Source: Hormiphora californensis
Lineage: Eukaryota; Animalia; Ctenophora
Length of the DNA stretch: 64,000 bases
Direction: 5' to 3'
NCBI GenBank assembly: GCA_020137815.1
Contig: CM035350.1
Location: 1,488,001-1,552,000, forward strand
The first letter of the stretch is position 1; each line of letters opens with the position of its first letter. The notes beneath the pieces were generated by a model that was given only the letters and a program-made list of their open reading frames with translations, made no database searches and was not told where the DNA came from. This document shows positions 31,653-44,279 of the stretch, one piece after another. Made by a program: the position numbers and the translations under genes.

Positions 31653-34600
31653 CTATTTCCCCTCCTGTTCCTTTGGTGTCACCACCACACCACCGGTACA
31701 GGGGTACACACTACAGCTCCCTGTTCTCTTCCTCTCTAGTACCTCTATCACGGTGTATCCGACGTAGGAAGCAAGCAACCACCCCACCATCAAATACATA
31801 AACACCTGAAACAGGGGACTGGTTAGGACGATATGGGGTTTCTGGCAGACTCTTGGAGAGTCTCCTGTCCAGGGAAGACTTTGGTAATTTGTTTTCTGTG
31901 GCAGTATTTTAGAGGTTAGGAAGAATGAGTTGCATAAACTGAATCTCCTCTTCTAAATGAGTGATTTTCTTCTAGCAGATTAGATCAAGCACTGAGTGTG
32001 TGAATGGAAGAGAGGGGTGAAGTTAAAACAGTGAATCGGGTGGCCCTTTTGACAAATTTACTTCCCCCTACGATCCCGGTATATATTCAGCCCTGAATTC
32101 CAACAAACAAAGACATTCGTGAAAGGGGAGTTAACTGGGCTCTCAGCACCGGGGGTCTGATGTCATCTATGATAAAAGCCTTTGTTTTTATTTCGTTCCT
32201 TTTTCTCCAACTATAAAATCCCTCGGGAAATATTTTCAATAGAAACCGAAAAATTAGAATATGTGGAATCACCTCATCTCTCCGTTTTCTATCTCACTCT
32301 CCTCCTCTTCATTCCTCTTTCTCACTGCCTCTCACCCTCTCTTTCTCTATCCATCCAGTTATGTTATGATGACACGTAGCATATTTATGTTGTAGTTATA
32401 TTGGATAACTATGCAATAATATATTCCGCTCTGCAGCATTTATTATGGAAGTATCTCTAGTAATATAATATTATTCCGGGAGCTTGTGGCCCTGCTTAAC
32501 TTGATCCCCCTCTCTCCTAGACGACAGCAAGCAGACAGGGATGGCCAAAAGGAGAACAACAATAATATTGGGTGGGGTCCGAGAAAGGATCTGGGGGTAA
32601 ATACATGTATATTATGTAAACTGTTTCTCTCTCCCAATCTCTCATTCTTCTTTCTATTTTCTCTCATTGAGATATCTAGAATAAAATCGTCACGAGACTC
32701 TCAGTTGTGGCAACTAGACTCTATGCATGTACAACCGTTATGTCTCATGCAGTAACACTCTTGAATATCTAGCTTGCAAGTTTTAAACGGGAGTACTGCA
32801 GTCAGACATCGATTTACCGGACTCCTAAATGTCCGAAATGTCCTAAATCTCCGGTTTATCGAGGTTACCCGTTATATCGAGGTTTGACTGGGTATGTAAT
32901 TCATAAATTGGTTCTAGAATGTTCTCTGTCGCATCTTGTGACGAGCTCTATCTGGCATGGCATGAATCCAGATGTGTGTGGATCATTCTAAACTATTAGT
33001 AAGCAGCAGAAGAAGAAGAAGAAGAAGCAGCTATTAGTCTGATTGAAATCTTTCCCCTCCCATTGGGTGATGTATACCGGCCCAGTTCCCCTCCCATTGG
33101 GTGATGTATACCGGCCCAGTTCCCCTCCCATTGGGTGATGTATACCGGCTCATTTCCCCTCTCATTGGGTGATGCCTCACCCTCCCCAGCTCAGATCCCA
33201 CCACATTACTAATTGATCAAATTACCCTTAGTTGTAAGTTGTTTGAGAGGAGGTAAGCAGCAAGGAATCCAATGCTTTCCCAAAGTCGGTAGTTAGCAAA
33301 CGCAGGCTCCTCATTCCCAACAAAGATTACACCGTAAAACGCTGAGGGAAATTATACTTTAGTGTGTATTGAGGGAACCAGTTTCATAAAGATAATATCT
33401 AGCAGGTCCTGATTATGTTTTGCAAAGGTCATTGGTCAATATGGTAACTTGATTTATTAGGCTGCTGCAGGGTGCATAGATCACTGAGATATGTATCTTG
33501 GGACCCCTTTTTTCTAAAAGTAGATCCCACAAACTAACCCCCTGCCTAACCTCGTACAACCTTGTATTGTTCATACACACACAAGTACAACCCTTACACA
33601 CACAAGTACAACCCTTACCATTGATCTGAGTTTGCCAGACAGCATCAGCCATGCCCCACATCACTGCAAAGAGGTACAGGTAGGAGTGGATGGTGGGGGT
33701 CCATTCTAACAGGATGAATATCACCACCAGATTCAGAACTGACGCTGTAGAGGAAGGGTTGTTAGTTAGCTTCTTTTTCTAGATTTATCACTCATAAATC
33801 TAGAAAAAGTGACGTCATTGACAGAGTTATTACATAACAACATGTCATGAATCTCATAATATGAGATTTATGACATGTTGTTATGTAATAACTCAATGAC
33901 GTCACATGATAGTCATTAGTATAACGTACCCATGGTAAACACTGGCACTCTCCCAATTTTCTTCAGTAGGTACCCAAATGTTACGGAGCAGAAGGCATCC
34001 GCAGAGGCGTAGACGATGATAAAGTAGCCAATGTACTGAATACCGATGGGACACTTGATATACGCCTGGAGAGGGGAGGGGGTAGTTAGCATGATCTGGG
34101 TGGTTTTTTGCTAAAATACCAGGATTCTTGAGTGATTCTTTACTCAATAAGATTAGTGAATGATTAGAAGGAGGGGAACATAAAAGAGACGAAGTATAAT
34201 ACTGGGGAGTTGTCAATAGTCTGATAGGGCCGAAAGGGCCCGAAGAAAGTGAGATAAGAGAGAAAGGGCATTGTTTATTAGATATAAACTTGACTGATAA
34301 CGTGTTACAACGTTTAGTGGTAATTTGAGTTCAAGTTTCACGCATAGAAGAGTCTTCCTGCGAATGCGAAAATTTGCAACAAGATAAGAAATGACCCTCT
34401 GCATAAAGGTTAAGGAGTAAGGACGCTATTTGTGAGGCCAGGACAGCCAGAAGAGCAACATGATATGAACCTGCCAACACACGACGAGTTTAACTCATTG
34501 TGGAGTGTGGTAAGTGGTCTTTATATGAAGCGTCCCGCCCGAGAGAGTCTGAGAAATCAAGTTTTTACATACCACAGTGAAGGATGCCCCGAACCAGCCC

Positions 34601-37600
34601 TGTTCTATCCCACTCCAGATAGTAAGGGGTGTTATCAGCATCTGGTACTTGTTATTAGCGAAGTGAGAAAAGGTAGCCATTAACAGTTGGATTCCACTTT
34701 TACCCTGGGATATAATGGAGGTGATGGGAGGAGGATAGCTGTGATGTCGGTATCCTTTCAGTTGTGGGAGAGACCTATCATCTCTAGCTCTGATAATTAT
34801 AATTTATAGTGCCTGGAGTTTGGAATTGCTGTCTTGTGGAGAACTATAGCTTGTCTAATGTCATCCTTACTTCTCACTCACACTCCCTCCATCTCTCTCT
34901 CCCTTTCTCTTTCTATATCTCCCTCCTTCTCTCTCTAAGATATCCCGCTGGTATGTTATAGGATCACGAGACTCAAAGAGAGAGAGGTCATAAGGTCATC
35001 CCTGCAGTCACAAGATGGAGTGAGAGCTGGATGACAGTCAGCCTCAGACTGATGACGGGTATAGTGATGATATATCCTTCTAGATATATTTCTCTTGCTT
35101 GGCTTTTCTCCATCTCACCTAGAGAAACAAATCATCCGAATCTTCCCAATCATCCCTCTCATCACCATCTCTATACAACCTCTCTTTATACTCAAAGAGA
35201 GGGGGGGGGGGCCTCATATCGGGACATAAAGTTTGGGGGATACCTAGTTGATATCTTAAGATATCTTAACAAGATAGACAACGATATAATGGTACTAAAT
35301 CAAATAAATTGACAGTTGGTATCTACCTACCTCTTGTTCCCTTCGTTCATCCTCCCCGTAGGTAGAGAGGGGGTCCAGGAAGAACATGATGATAAGAGGT
35401 CCAATGACTGAAAAACACAGGTAGATCCCTGCCAGGGTATACACCTGAGAGAAACACACCCGGCTGTTAGTGTGTCATGCCTTCCACCGCTCAGATCTTG
35501 GCCTTACTTCCCCGCTCAAATCGGTTCAACAGGTGAGGAGCAGATAGAAATGTAGTTTTCCATACCCCACACAATTTTACCTGGGTCTGGCTAGGTCCAG
35601 ATGTGTCAATGGCAGTGTCCTGATCTGATCCATCAGCCGAATTATTTGCCTGAGGAACGACATAGTTGGCTCCACACATCAGGTTGATTTCTTCTTGCGA
35701 CCTATTGAAATCTTCCTCCGGCTTCAGAACTGGTTTGGGAGGGAGAGTTAGTAATCAGAAGTCAAGGGTAAAGATATTGGGTGAGAAAAGGCGACATGTT
35801 TTAGTGCCACGTGTGCCCATCCAAAAGTTGTTGCTTTTGGATTTTGAATATTCTACTCGCAACTACATCACTACAATTCTAGATCTTTCTGGAGATCTAC
35901 GAATTCCATGCCAGATACCTCACAAGTCACAAATATATGCGCATATTTGTGACATAATTGCTCCTAAATTGTTGGCTCGTGGAGGATATATCGACCGTCG
36001 ACCCGACTATAATAGTGATATAGTGACATACCATCAATCTTAGTCAGGTGATACTTTTCCGGCTTGGTGGGAAAAGTAACTTTTCCGGGTTAAAGCAGAA
36101 ACCCCGCAGAATTATATGCTGACGTAGTGTCTAAACAAGGTTTTTTAACATCTCAACCCCCTTTACCAAGTCATGGGTTCTACTTGAATGACGTGAGATT
36201 ATATTTCAGATAGCAAAAGCAGCCCGGCCAGTGCGTCTCTGCAGTATGAGAATATGGAAATTATCCGAGAATCCGTGTTTATCTATTCCACCTAAAGCAA
36301 GGAGCCAGCAATCTCCCCTCAAGCAAATCTCCCCCCTCTCTCCCTCTCTCTCAATGAGGTGATCATAATCCCGTGACAACAAGGATAGTCCTGGTTAATA
36401 TCGGTCATCCCCCCCATGACTGACAGGTATGGGAACCCTTCAGTAATGACGTACTGCATATTCCCAACCCAATAGTAAACAAACAATAGTGAGCCGTGCC
36501 AGCAGATGGAGGTTTACTTGCCGAGATGTGAAAATAAGGGAGATATGACGGATAGACATGTGCATTTATAACCGTTATGAAACTCCTGCCAGAGTCTGCC
36601 AGAGCCCCACTATTTGGTATTATTATATCTGTAACAACCACCCAATACCCAAAACCCAGGTACCTGTAACGGAGACGATATTTCCCCAGATTCCCCACGT
36701 TTGGAACAACATGAAGAAGATCCCAAAGAACCGGTTGATCAGAATCTCAGGGTTGACCCCCTTCATTCTTCCAGCGTAGGTACCCATCTGGGAGAGATAG
36801 GTACACTTGGCACTCCACATGGGGGCAGCACCCAGACCTGGCGTGATAAAGTAGTGGGGTTAAAGGGGCAGCTCCCAGACCTGGTGTGATAAAATATTGG
36901 GGTTAGAGGGGCAGCTCCCAGACCTGGTGTGATAAAATATTGGGGTTAGAGGGGCAGCACCCAGACCTGGCGTGATAAAATAGTGGGGTTAAAGGGGCAG
37001 CTCCCAGACCTGGTGTGATAAAATAGTGGGGTTAGAGGGGCAGCTCCCAGACCTGGCGTGATAAAGTAGTGGGGTTAGAGGGGCAGCTCCCAGACCTGGC
37101 GTGATAAAATAGTGGGGTTAAAGGGGCAGCACCCAGACCTGGCGTGATAAAGTAGTGGGGTTAAAGGGGCAGCTCCCAGACCTGGCGTGATAAAGTAGTG
37201 GGGTTAAAGGGGCAGCACCCAGACCTGGCGTGATAAAATAGTGGGGTTAAAGGGGCAGCTCCCAGACCTGGTGTGATAAAGTAGGGGGGGGGGGGTAAAG
37301 GGGCAGCACCCAGACCTGGTGGCAGGATAGGAAAAGAACAAGGGGCAGCACTCAGGGTTTTGGGGGTTTTTGTGACAAATACGGGCCACAACAGGGGGGA
37401 CAATGGGTAAGGGGAGATGTTCTCTACCAAGAGGGGAGTGGGGTTGTGGGTGTGTTGTTGTTGTTGCACAGCGGACCTTGTCTGAAAATCAGATTACACT
37501 TGTCTAGTTTTGTTTCCTCATATTTGTGTAGAATCTCACCCGGACCCCTTCATAGTTCATTTATATTTCTACTTTCTTCCATGTCATATTTTACCACCTA

Positions 37601-39368
37601 ATTTGTCGGCCTTCCCAAATATTGTTGTGACAAATCGGACCCGGCCACTTTTCTCTTTTTCTTTCCCTCTGGCCCAGTCAGTGTTCTAACATGTTTTATC
37701 TCTCCCCTCCCACGTGGTATATAAGCTAATCAGAGAGTATGTATTTTAACTTATGGTCTGATTCACCACACCCATCAAGTACAGGAGGTAAATGTGGGGC
37801 ACACTGGTTTTGGGAGCTGTCCAACAGTCACAACCCCTCAGAGATACTATAGTAAAATAATAATACATACCCAGTACGAAGGCAGCAGGGATTAGAGTTC
37901 CCCATTTTGGGTAGAACTGGGCTGCAATGTAGAGAGTGTACATGAACTGACACACCACCAGGGACTTCTTTACTTTTAGCCTGAAGAAAGAGGGAAATAT
38001 AAAAACAGGGTCTTAGGGGAGTGATCGGGAATGTGAATTTCCGTAATTGGTAATAGCCAATAGGTACTTGATGTCATGGGGCATGGTGTGCTATTTAGAG
38101 GGGGGGGGAAATGACGTCACTGGAGAGGGAGGAAGGTGTATACCAGGTGGCATATTGCACTGCAAATGGATTTGAAAATTGCAGGATTTAAATGTAAGTT
38201 GCGGGTTAGAGGCGGGAAATGTGTAGCACACGTGTGGGTGTACAATGCGTCATTGTGTTGAGGATTGTGTTGCTGCAGTAGTCCGGGTTTCAGCTGTCAA
38301 TATACAATGACACACGCCCTACATCTGCAGCAGCACTCTAGTGTAATACATTGTCTTGGAGCTACACAGTCACCTCATTTATACTGTAGTGATTCATTAT
38401 CTATTCGCTCATCTACATACACACACTACATTCTTACTTCTCATACACAAAAACTTCATCCTGAACCTACTTTTTAATGATGAACGTGGGTAGAAAGAAA
38501 CAGCTGAGAATGATGGTAGCATAGATAGTAGCCAGAGTATAGACACCAATACCCTCACTCTCGTTCAGGGAAGATTGGAGAGCTGCCATATTTTGAAAGG
38601 CCGTGAAGAGAAACATGAATCCCAAACTGACCACCACAACATTCTTCCACATTCGAATATCGTCCTGCCTGCCCCATGTCTTGGGGGAAACCTGTGAAAA
38701 GAAATACAGATAAGTGATCAGTCCGGGTAGACAGGGGGATTAGTTAGGGAGGGGGTTTAGTGGGGGTTAGTAGGAGAAAGGTGTTGCTGCTGCAGGAGAC
38801 AATGGAATTGATAGGACCGCTCCAGATAAGAGAGGTGGAAGGGAGAAAACAATTATTGTAAATCCTGCTAACGACACCCGATAACAATTCTTAGTTGTCC
38901 CTTTCACCTTTGAGTGCTCTAAAAGTAGAAGTGAGAAACATAGACTTCATTAAATTCTCCAAAGGCGGAGGAAAAGTTCAGTTTAAATGACAGAAATAAA
39001 GAGAAGAAAAAAGGAATGACAAAGAAGCAGGAATATGCAAAGAATTGCTAATGAGTTGCCGTATTACGTTCAGCTTTACAACTGCTGAGTTGGCAGGATG
39101 TACAGCTGCAGTAGACACTAGACAGTATTTTGTACAAATAGGACATTGAGATGAGAAAAGAAGACAACTAGACAGGACCTCTTCAAGCAGAGCGGTAGTG
39201 ACTGCAGTATCCTTCTTCATCTTTAGAAACAACACGATATACAATAAGAGACTATAACACACGAGGAATAGTGAGGTACAAGCGAGTGTTGTCTGAAACA
39301 CCCCTCACTTTTCCATAACTTACCCCATTCTCAACAGCAGCTGCATCATTCCCATAATCCACTCCCAT
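31653..39368 (-). CDS. UNC93A: UNC-93-like MFS membrane protein
   Basis: Exon 1 is 39368-39324 (MGVDYGNDAAAVENG). Later exons encode KNVVVVSLGFMFLFTAFQNMAALQSSLN, LGAAPMWSAKCTYL, RFFGIFFMLFQTWGIWGNIVS, WGMADAVWQTQIN and EPAFANYRLWESIGF. The terminal exon junction is uncertain. Confidence 0.9.
33052..33175. repeat. 34-bp minisatellite in a UNC93A intron
   Basis: ttcccctcccattgggtgatgtataccggcccag, about 3.5 copies. Confidence 0.85.
36822..37319. repeat. 43-bp minisatellite (12 copies) spanning a UNC93A 3' splice junction
   Basis: cagacctgg recurs every 43 nt from 36833 to 37263, plus once at 37311. Confidence 0.95.
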
Positions 39369-40589
39369 GCTGTTCGATATTCCTAATATCTAACCTAGCG
39401 CTTAGCGATTGGAAAATAACTGTTAGATTGACTAATGTCCAGCCGAATATGGCTTGATCAGCTGATATCAGATGAGTAACACGTCAGTTGACAGAGAGCC
39501 AAGTGAAAGAAGCAGAATTATGTTCACAAGCAAAGACTTCCCAGCAGGAGGCAGAAATGCTGTTCTACTCTGATGTAAGATCGATTTGTACTTCGTATTT
39601 GTACCTCGAATGAACATACCGTCTCCTGATTGGTGGAAAATTTTGATCACGTGACTTCGCGTGAGCGGAGTGAAATTTTTGGGTCGATTTTGAAAATACA
39701 AAATAGCGCGAGCGCCGCGCGCGCTTTATTTCGATACGCGCAGCGTTGCAGTTTCAAGTGAATCGCGCGTACCGTTCAATGACCCTGAACCAGGATGTAT
39801 ATTTTCACCTAAAACTCCAATTTCCCTTCTTCCAGGCACTATATTTTCCTGTTTTGAGAGTGTGGTCAGACCACAGAGTGACCTCTGACAGTTTAACCTC
39901 TGAAAGACATAAAACAAACCGATTTCAATAATTTAAAAAAATTGAATTATAAAAACCATGCAATGGACATTGAGCTAAAAAGTCTGGCAAATGCTTGGAC
40001 TTGGAGCGTGAATCTCTCCATGATCATAATCATATAAGTTAAGTGATTGCCACAGCAACAGAATCTCGAGTTCAACCACTCGATATTCAAATCACATTGA
40101 TAATTCGAAAAAAAAAGTAGTTTTAATTCGATCATTGAATTAAAATTGAATCAACGCTATTTTAAAATTTAACTGCACTTTAAAATAATTGTTTAAACCA
40201 AATACCATACGGGAAACGCTGGCCTATTCGTGAAACTGGAATCAAAAAATTAACGTAAGTCTTAACTATTATATCATTATCTAGATTCCCAAAGTACTTC
40301 TTCTCTGTTAATTTCATTCATAGTTATTTTATATCACTGTCATTTATCTAAATAAGTACATTTTAAATTTCTACTCAAACACAGGCTAAGCACACAGTGC
40401 AGTTGTCAAATACAATACAAAATACGATGCTCTTCACAGGGGGGGGGGGGGGGGGTGCGTGTCTGTATATCAAAGGACAGATAACCATAGTTCACTGATC
40501 ACTCAAAGCCTCCTTCAACTTCAAGGTGGTATCTGTTTAAGTTTCTTAGTATATCTTATGTAAACCGGGTGTAAACCCCATCACTCCTC

Positions 40590-42763
40590 CTATTCATCAG
40601 AATCAGATGCCCCAAAGTTGAATTGTTCCATGGCAGCCATCACACTCTTCTCCATCTCATCAGGGGGACTGGAACCAGTTGATAGGATGGGATCCACCTC
40701 CTCTTGTTTTGGAGCTATCTCAATATGTCGGTTGGGAGCTGTCTCAGGCTGGATAGGTCCAGGTATTTTAGCAGGAACTAGTGGCGGTGTGGGTGGTTTG
40801 TTCCCTAATTCCTCCTCCCCACCACTGTGTCCAGAGTAACCATCAGATGCACCATCATGCCATCTCCCCAGTGCGGTACCATCCTGTTTGTCCTCTTTCC
40901 AGGCTCTAATGCCACTCTCAGGGGCCTTCTGTGTGCAGGTCCGGGTCTTTCTCTCCTTTGTATAGCCCCGTTCCGTTCTCATATTCCGGTTGGGTTTCTG
41001 TTTGTATCCATCACGGGGTCCTCCTCTGGATGCTGAGTTCGTCATGTTTGGGTTTCTGGAGGAATTTTGGGCCACATTGTTGTTGTTGTTTCTAGAAGTG
41101 GAGGAATTTTGGGCCATATTGTTCTTTCTGGAGGAGTCATGTCTCCCATTATTGTTGTTTCTCGATGTGTTATGTGACATGTTAGGGGGAGGCGGTGGCA
41201 TGTTATTATTGCCTCCTAACATTGTATTCTCCTGATACCCCATTGAAGTGATCCCATATGCCTTGTTGGTATACGGGTCAATACCTTTCATTGGCCGAGG
41301 TGGTCTAACTGATGGAGGGGGTCCGTGGTAGAGAGGGGTTGGTAGAAGGGGCTCTGGGGTCCTCCTCATTAGGTGGGCAGGTGGCTCATCTGGACAAGGT
41401 AGTCTGATTATACCGGGTATAGCAGGGGTGCTGGAGAACGCCGTGTTGTTAGACCTGCCCCGGGGACCCTGCTGGCGTGATTGGTGTTGTGGAGGGGGAC
41501 CTTGTTGATGTTGTGGAGGGGGACCTTGTTGCTGATGTTGGAAAGGTGGTCCCTGCTGTTGGCGTGATGGGTGCACTGTGTGTCCCTGTGAGAATGCAGG
41601 GGGAGGAGGACCACAATTAGGTGGGTAACCAGGAGAAGAAGAGGGAGGTGGTGGGAACTGTCCTGGACCCTGGTACTGCTGGTGGGGGTGTTGTGGATGG
41701 GGATACTGTTGATGCTGGTTCTGGTTCTGCTGATGATGGTCCTGGTATTGAGGTTGAGGAGGGTGCTGGGGGTACTGCTGGTTAGGATGATGGGGGTTGT
41801 CAAGGTGCTGTCCGGGGTGTGGATGTTGTTGTCTGGGGTCGTGCCTGACATACCCCTGTTGTTCCTGCCCCTGGATAAAGTACTGATCACGGGCAGGCTG
41901 CTGCATACCAAACTGTGAAGGTGGATGGTCACTATGGTAACTACCAGCCATTAGATGGGGCGGGTAACCTTGGTCACCATGGTAACCACTGCGTCCGTTG
42001 CTAGGAGGGTGGGAGGAGGGTTGTTGCTGGTAACCGCTGTTGTTGTTATTCTGTTTGTTGTTTTGGCGACTGTTTTTGTTACTACCAGGAAATGAAGCGC
42101 TACCTCCGCTACTAATCTCGGGGTCAGGGTAGTAGAACGTCACCTGGAAAGGAGGGGGTGGATAAATGATCTAAATCTGGAATATACTATACCGTAGTCA
42201 GGAACCCCCCCCCCCCCCCCTTTAGGGTTTAGTAAACTTACAGATCTCACTTTGCCTTCATTCTCCAGTGCCCCCAATATCTCCAGAATATTGGCCTTCT
42301 GAACATCGGGCATGAGCCTCTTTAGATCACTCATCGTTACCCCACACTCCTCTCCATCTTTGAGGGTCAGCTGGATCCTGTCTATGGGACTCATAGTGGA
42401 GGTCAGTCCAGCAGGCTTCCTGGGCTCTCGGTAATGCCACTTCTTATCTGTCAGGTTGAAATACACCTGGAGAGGGGGGGGGGGGGGGGGTAAAAGTAAG
42501 CTTCTAGGGAAATAAAGCCTATATGATACGAGGCCTTGTGACATATAACCGTAGTAGACGGTCTTCTACATGCATACAACACGAGAAAGAAAGTCACGGG
42601 TACTTGGCGCTCTTCTTCACCCACTGACCTGGTTATTGATTTGCAAACATCTCAGGTGGTACTGGGCCTGTTCCGGTGGGAGTTTACTGGTCTTTAGGAT
42701 GTAGTTCAGTGTTGCTGCTTTACCGTTCGAGTCGAACAACGACTTCAGCACTTGGTCTGACAT
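40590..42763 (-). CDS. Orphan protein: two N-terminal winged-helix-like repeats plus a ~500-aa Q/P/H/N-rich low-complexity region
   Basis: Exons 42763-42629 (45 codons), 42466-42251 (72 codons) and 42143-40590 are joined by phase-0 GT-AG introns. An acceptor (ttcttatatag) lies 6 nt before the ATG. The winged-helix call is by pattern only. Confidence 0.75.
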
Positions 42764-42910
42764 CGTGTGCTATATAAGAAGGGATTGTTAAATTGGGGGA
42801 AAGAGAGATGTCAGGAATACATTAACAAAACGGGTCTTTGGGTCGATGTAAAAATAAAATAAGTTACGAACTTCACAACATATATCCACGCATATCTCAT
42901 CATATATCTC

Positions 42911-44041
42911 TCACATATACCAATTAGGAATTGCAATCTTTTTGGCCATTGCCTCCTCGAAAGTTTCAGAGGGATCGACAACCTTGGCATCATACCTGAT
43001 CCCCTGATTCCCCAGAGCCTCCCTGTCCCCCAGGAAGGTGGGGCTGTGTAGTAGGGGTCCCTGAATGGGGTCCTTCTCCCTACTGTCCCTCAGATAACAA
43101 AAGGACCCCACCAGACCAGGGATGTGACCCGATACAACCATGTGCCCCTTCCCATAGTCAACAGACAACACATGGTGATTGTATGCTGTAGACCGGTTAT
43201 CACCCATCTTCCCTGCTAACTTCTTACCCCGGAGGACACGCTTCAATCCCTGGGTTGAGATGGAGCCTGGCCGACGGTGAGTCTTCCCCGGTCTGTTCAT
43301 GTTCATCCCCTTGTAACCATGGCGGCGGACAACTCCCTGGAACCCACGTGGTACACTCTGGGCGGTAATGTCCACAAACTGGCCCACTAGGAAGTGGGAT
43401 ATATCCAGCTGGAAGTGGACAGGTAGGGCTAGTTCAGGGGAGGTGAGGAAGAAATACTCGGCTAGTTGGGGAACCAGGCCCAGGGACATGAACTCCTTTT
43501 GTTTGGTGAGGGGGACCTCAGTTAGGTCTGGCTGGTCGAATGCACCCAGCCTGATCTTCACCCCTTTACCACCCAATACACGTGTGTTGAGAGACTGGGA
43601 GCACTCCAGGACGTGGTTTGTTGGTATCTCAATCATCGTTGACTTCTTGACCTCCCCCGTCCTCAGGAATGTTCTGGTCTCACCCAACTTCCGTCCAATC
43701 AGACCAACTCTCTGCATTCCCTCCTGGTAGAAAACTGCCGAGACAGTTTTATTGACATTGGGTGGGGTTCGGGCAGTGAATGCTTCACTAATCTTGTTAT
43801 TGATGTGCTGTTGGTACCGCTCTGTGCCCGTGAAGACCTTGTGGTCGGGGTGGAGAATAGGCCGGACCTCGGATGGCAGGGGTGCCTTGGAGATCAAGTC
43901 CTTGACTGCCCGGGTGGGTTCCTCTAGTTCTGGGTCCTTTGGTTTGATTGGGTATCCAAATCGGTCCTTCTTTACCCGGGTATAGTAGGAACGAACACAA
44001 GTTGGAAGGAGACAGTCCACAACAGCCTTCCGAGGTAACAT
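42911..44041 (-). CDS. MRPL3: Mitochondrial ribosomal protein uL3m (intronless)
   Basis: RVGLIGRKLG, HFLVGQFVDIT, RGFQGVVRRHG, KTHRRPGSI, GKKLAGKMG and VSGHIPG are uL3 motifs, and there is an N-terminal presequence-like extension. Confidence 0.92.
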   Translation of the reverse strand: MLPRKAVVDCLLPTCVRSYYTRVKKDRFGYPIKPKDPELEEPTRAVKDLISKAPLPSEVRPILHPDHKVFTGTERYQQHINNKISEAFTARTPPNVNKTVSAVFYQEGMQRVGLIGRKLGETRTFLRTGEVKKSTMIEIPTNHVLECSQSLNTRVLGGKGVKIRLGAFDQPDLTEVPLTKQKEFMSLGLVPQLAEYFFLTSPELALPVHFQLDISHFLVGQFVDITAQSVPRGFQGVVRRHGYKGMNMNRPGKTHRRPGSISTQGLKRVLRGKKLAGKMGDNRSTAYNHHVLSVDYGKGHMVVSGHIPGLVGSFCYLRDSREKDPIQGPLLHSPTFLGDREALGNQGIRYDAKVVDPSETFEEAMAKKIAIPNWYM

Positions 44042-44279
44042 GGCTGCTAGAGAGGGAGGGGGGAGTTGTCATGTTAGAGGTGTGTTACAGGGGGTTGGTG
44101 TGTTAGTTGTTGTGTGTGAAGAAGGGCAGAATTTAGAATAAAGTAAGCAAGGTACGTAATATGTAATTTGAAATTAAAAATAGTTAAATATTTTTTAACA
44201 TAAATTAAAGCGAGTAAAATATCCTTCTCTGTAAAAGGCAAGCAAATGTTTTAATTTCTATCAATCATGATGAAATGTA

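Noticed and set aside
38978-39301. 107-aa ORF in UNC93A intron 1
   Set aside because: It has no recognisable domain or splice context and is probably decayed repeat sequence.
42150-42763. Calling the orphan's repeats true Z-alpha or LOTUS domains
   Set aside because: The Z-binding Asn/Tyr and the Pro-Pro-x-Trp wing are missing, and the LOTUS glycine pattern is absent. Only a generic winged-helix call is kept.
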